Assembly (NCBI GenBank): GCA_035513575.1
Contig: DATKBW010000157.1
Span: forward strand, 14,831 to 78,830
Source of the DNA: Longimicrobiales bacterium
GTDB lineage: Bacteria; Gemmatimonadota; Gemmatimonadetes; Longimicrobiales; RSA9
DNA length: 64,000 bases
Reading direction: 5' to 3'
Shown here: one piece after another, positions 63,165 to 64,000 of the stretch
How positions within the stretch are numbered: position 1 is the stretch's first letter
Layout: each line of letters begins with the position of its first letter
The notes under the pieces: generated by a model
The model's database searches: none
Told to the model about the DNA's origin: nothing
What the model saw: the letters and a program-made list of their open reading frames with translations, nothing else
Made by a program: the position numbers and the translations under genes

Positions 63165-64000
63165 CCCGCGGACCGGGGCTGGCGATCGGGCTGGAGATCC
63201 ACGTCCAGCTCGCCACGCGAACGAAGCTGTTCTGTGGCGACCGGGTCGAGTTCGGGGCGGCGCCGAATACCCGGGTGTGTCCGGTCTGCCTCGGACTCCC
63301 GGGCGCTTTGCCCGTGCTCAACGAGGCGGCGGTTCGGCTGGCGGTCCGCGCGGCGCTGGGGCTCGGCTGCGTCGTTCACGAGACGAGCCAGTTCGCCCGG
63401 AAGAACTACTTCTATCCCGATCTGCCCAAGGGCTACCAGATCACCCAGCTCGACCGGCCCCTCGCGACGGCGGGATCGGTGGCGCTCGCGGCCGGGACGG
63501 AGGCGGGGGGCGGAAGGAGCGTACGGATCCGTCGCCTGCACCTGGAGGAGGACGCCGGGAAGTCTGTCCACGACCGGTTCCCCGGGCGGTCGGCCGTGGA
63601 CCTGAACCGGGCGGGCGTCCCCCTCATCGAAATCGTCACCGAGCCGGACCTGACGAGTCCGTCCGATGCCCGGCTCTTCCTGATCGGACTGAAGCGCACG
63701 CTGGAGTACCTCGAGGTCAGCGATTGCGACATGGAGAAGGGGAGTCTCCGCGTCGACGCGAACCTCTCGGTGCGGTCCGCCGGCAACGCCTCACCCGGCG
63801 AGCCCACGGAGCTGAAGAACCTGAACTCGTTCGCGAACCTCGAGCGCGCGCTCCGGTTCGAGGCGGAGCGGCAGCAAAAGGTCGTGGAGGCGGGCGGGGC
63901 CGTCCGGCGGGAGACCCTGCTCTGGGATGTCGACGCGGACGCCGCCCGCCCGATCCGCTCGAAGACCGCGGCGCTGGACTACCGCTACTTCCCCGAGCCG
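63161..64000 (+). CDS. gatB: Asp-tRNA(Asn)/Glu-tRNA(Gln) amidotransferase subunit B (3' end beyond window)
   Basis: GTG overlaps the gatA stop (GTGA). My own translation reads VTRGPGLAIGLEIHVQLATRTKLFCG...CPVCLGLPGALPVLN...FARKNYFYPDLPKGYQITQ...RRLHLEEDAGKS. The frame stays open to the window end. Confidence 0.93.
   Translation, partial: MTRGPGLAIGLEIHVQLATRTKLFCGDRVEFGAAPNTRVCPVCLGLPGALPVLNEAAVRLAVRAALGLGCVVHETSQFARKNYFYPDLPKGYQITQLDRPLATAGSVALAAGTEAGGGRSVRIRRLHLEEDAGKSVHDRFPGRSAVDLNRAGVPLIEIVTEPDLTSPSDARLFLIGLKRTLEYLEVSDCDMEKGSLRVDANLSVRSAGNASPGEPTELKNLNSFANLERALRFEAERQQKVVEAGGAVRRETLLWDVDADAARPIRSKTAALDYRYFPEP

Noticed and set aside
1-64000. Search for tRNA, rRNA, tmRNA, RNase P or SRP RNA in the intergenic gaps. 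The largest gaps are 16983-17131, 23907-24168, 30613-30832, 36738-36900, 44234-44478, 45303-45496 and 48709-48833.
   Set aside because: I could not fold any gap into a cloverleaf, and I found no conserved boxes of the stable RNAs. This is by eye only; tRNAscan-SE and an Infernal/Rfam scan would be decisive.
1-64000. Mobile elements, prophage, toxin-antitoxin or known defence systems.
   Set aside because: I saw no transposase, integrase, recombinase, phage structural, restriction-modification, Cas or TA-like motifs in any frame. Composition appears uniform, and gene order is typical core-genome synteny.

Overview
Very GC-rich, tightly packed bacterial chromosomal segment. I count about 66 protein-coding genes and saw no rRNA, tRNA, CRISPR array, transposase or integrase.

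Most of the content is core housekeeping:
- dnaX-ybaB-recR, mglB-mglA, pgsA, grpE-dnaJ, mnmA-iscS
- htrA, comM, lepB, a compact RpoD-family sigma factor, rplM-rpsI
- rpsB-tsf-pyrH-frr-cdsA-dxr-rseP, serS, a UvrD/PcrA helicase, gatCAB (gatB runs off the 3' edge)

Accessory content:
- two TolC/adaptor/MacB-type efflux operons
- an ADOP-type duplicated permease. Together with the GC content this suggests a Gemmatimonadota/Acidobacteriota-like lineage (inference only).
- a roughly 1260-aa NtrY-like histidine kinase
- an orphan sigma-54-dependent response regulator
- a CheY-like regulator heading a sugar-nucleotide operon

Most unusual observations:
1. A translationally coupled operon (30833-33451) encodes a signal-peptide-less class A beta-lactamase-like protein, a signal-peptide-less LAS/M15 zinc peptidase-like protein and an unassigned 392-aa protein. 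The third protein carries glutamine-synthetase-fold ligase-like motifs. A secreted HExxH protein follows. I cannot map this combination to a described pathway.
2. That operon and the larE-like/thpR/sigma-54-regulator operon share an identical AT-rich 11-mer (TGCAATAGCTT) with a TGTC box at the same upstream distance.
3. A nested 49-bp x2 tandem repeat sits directly upstream of the rplM promoter.
4. A thrice-repeated CTCAGAAyTCCGA motif lies in the rpsI-rpsB spacer.

All calls rest on reading motifs in the supplied translations and the DNA. No database searches were run, and start codons are often uncertain.
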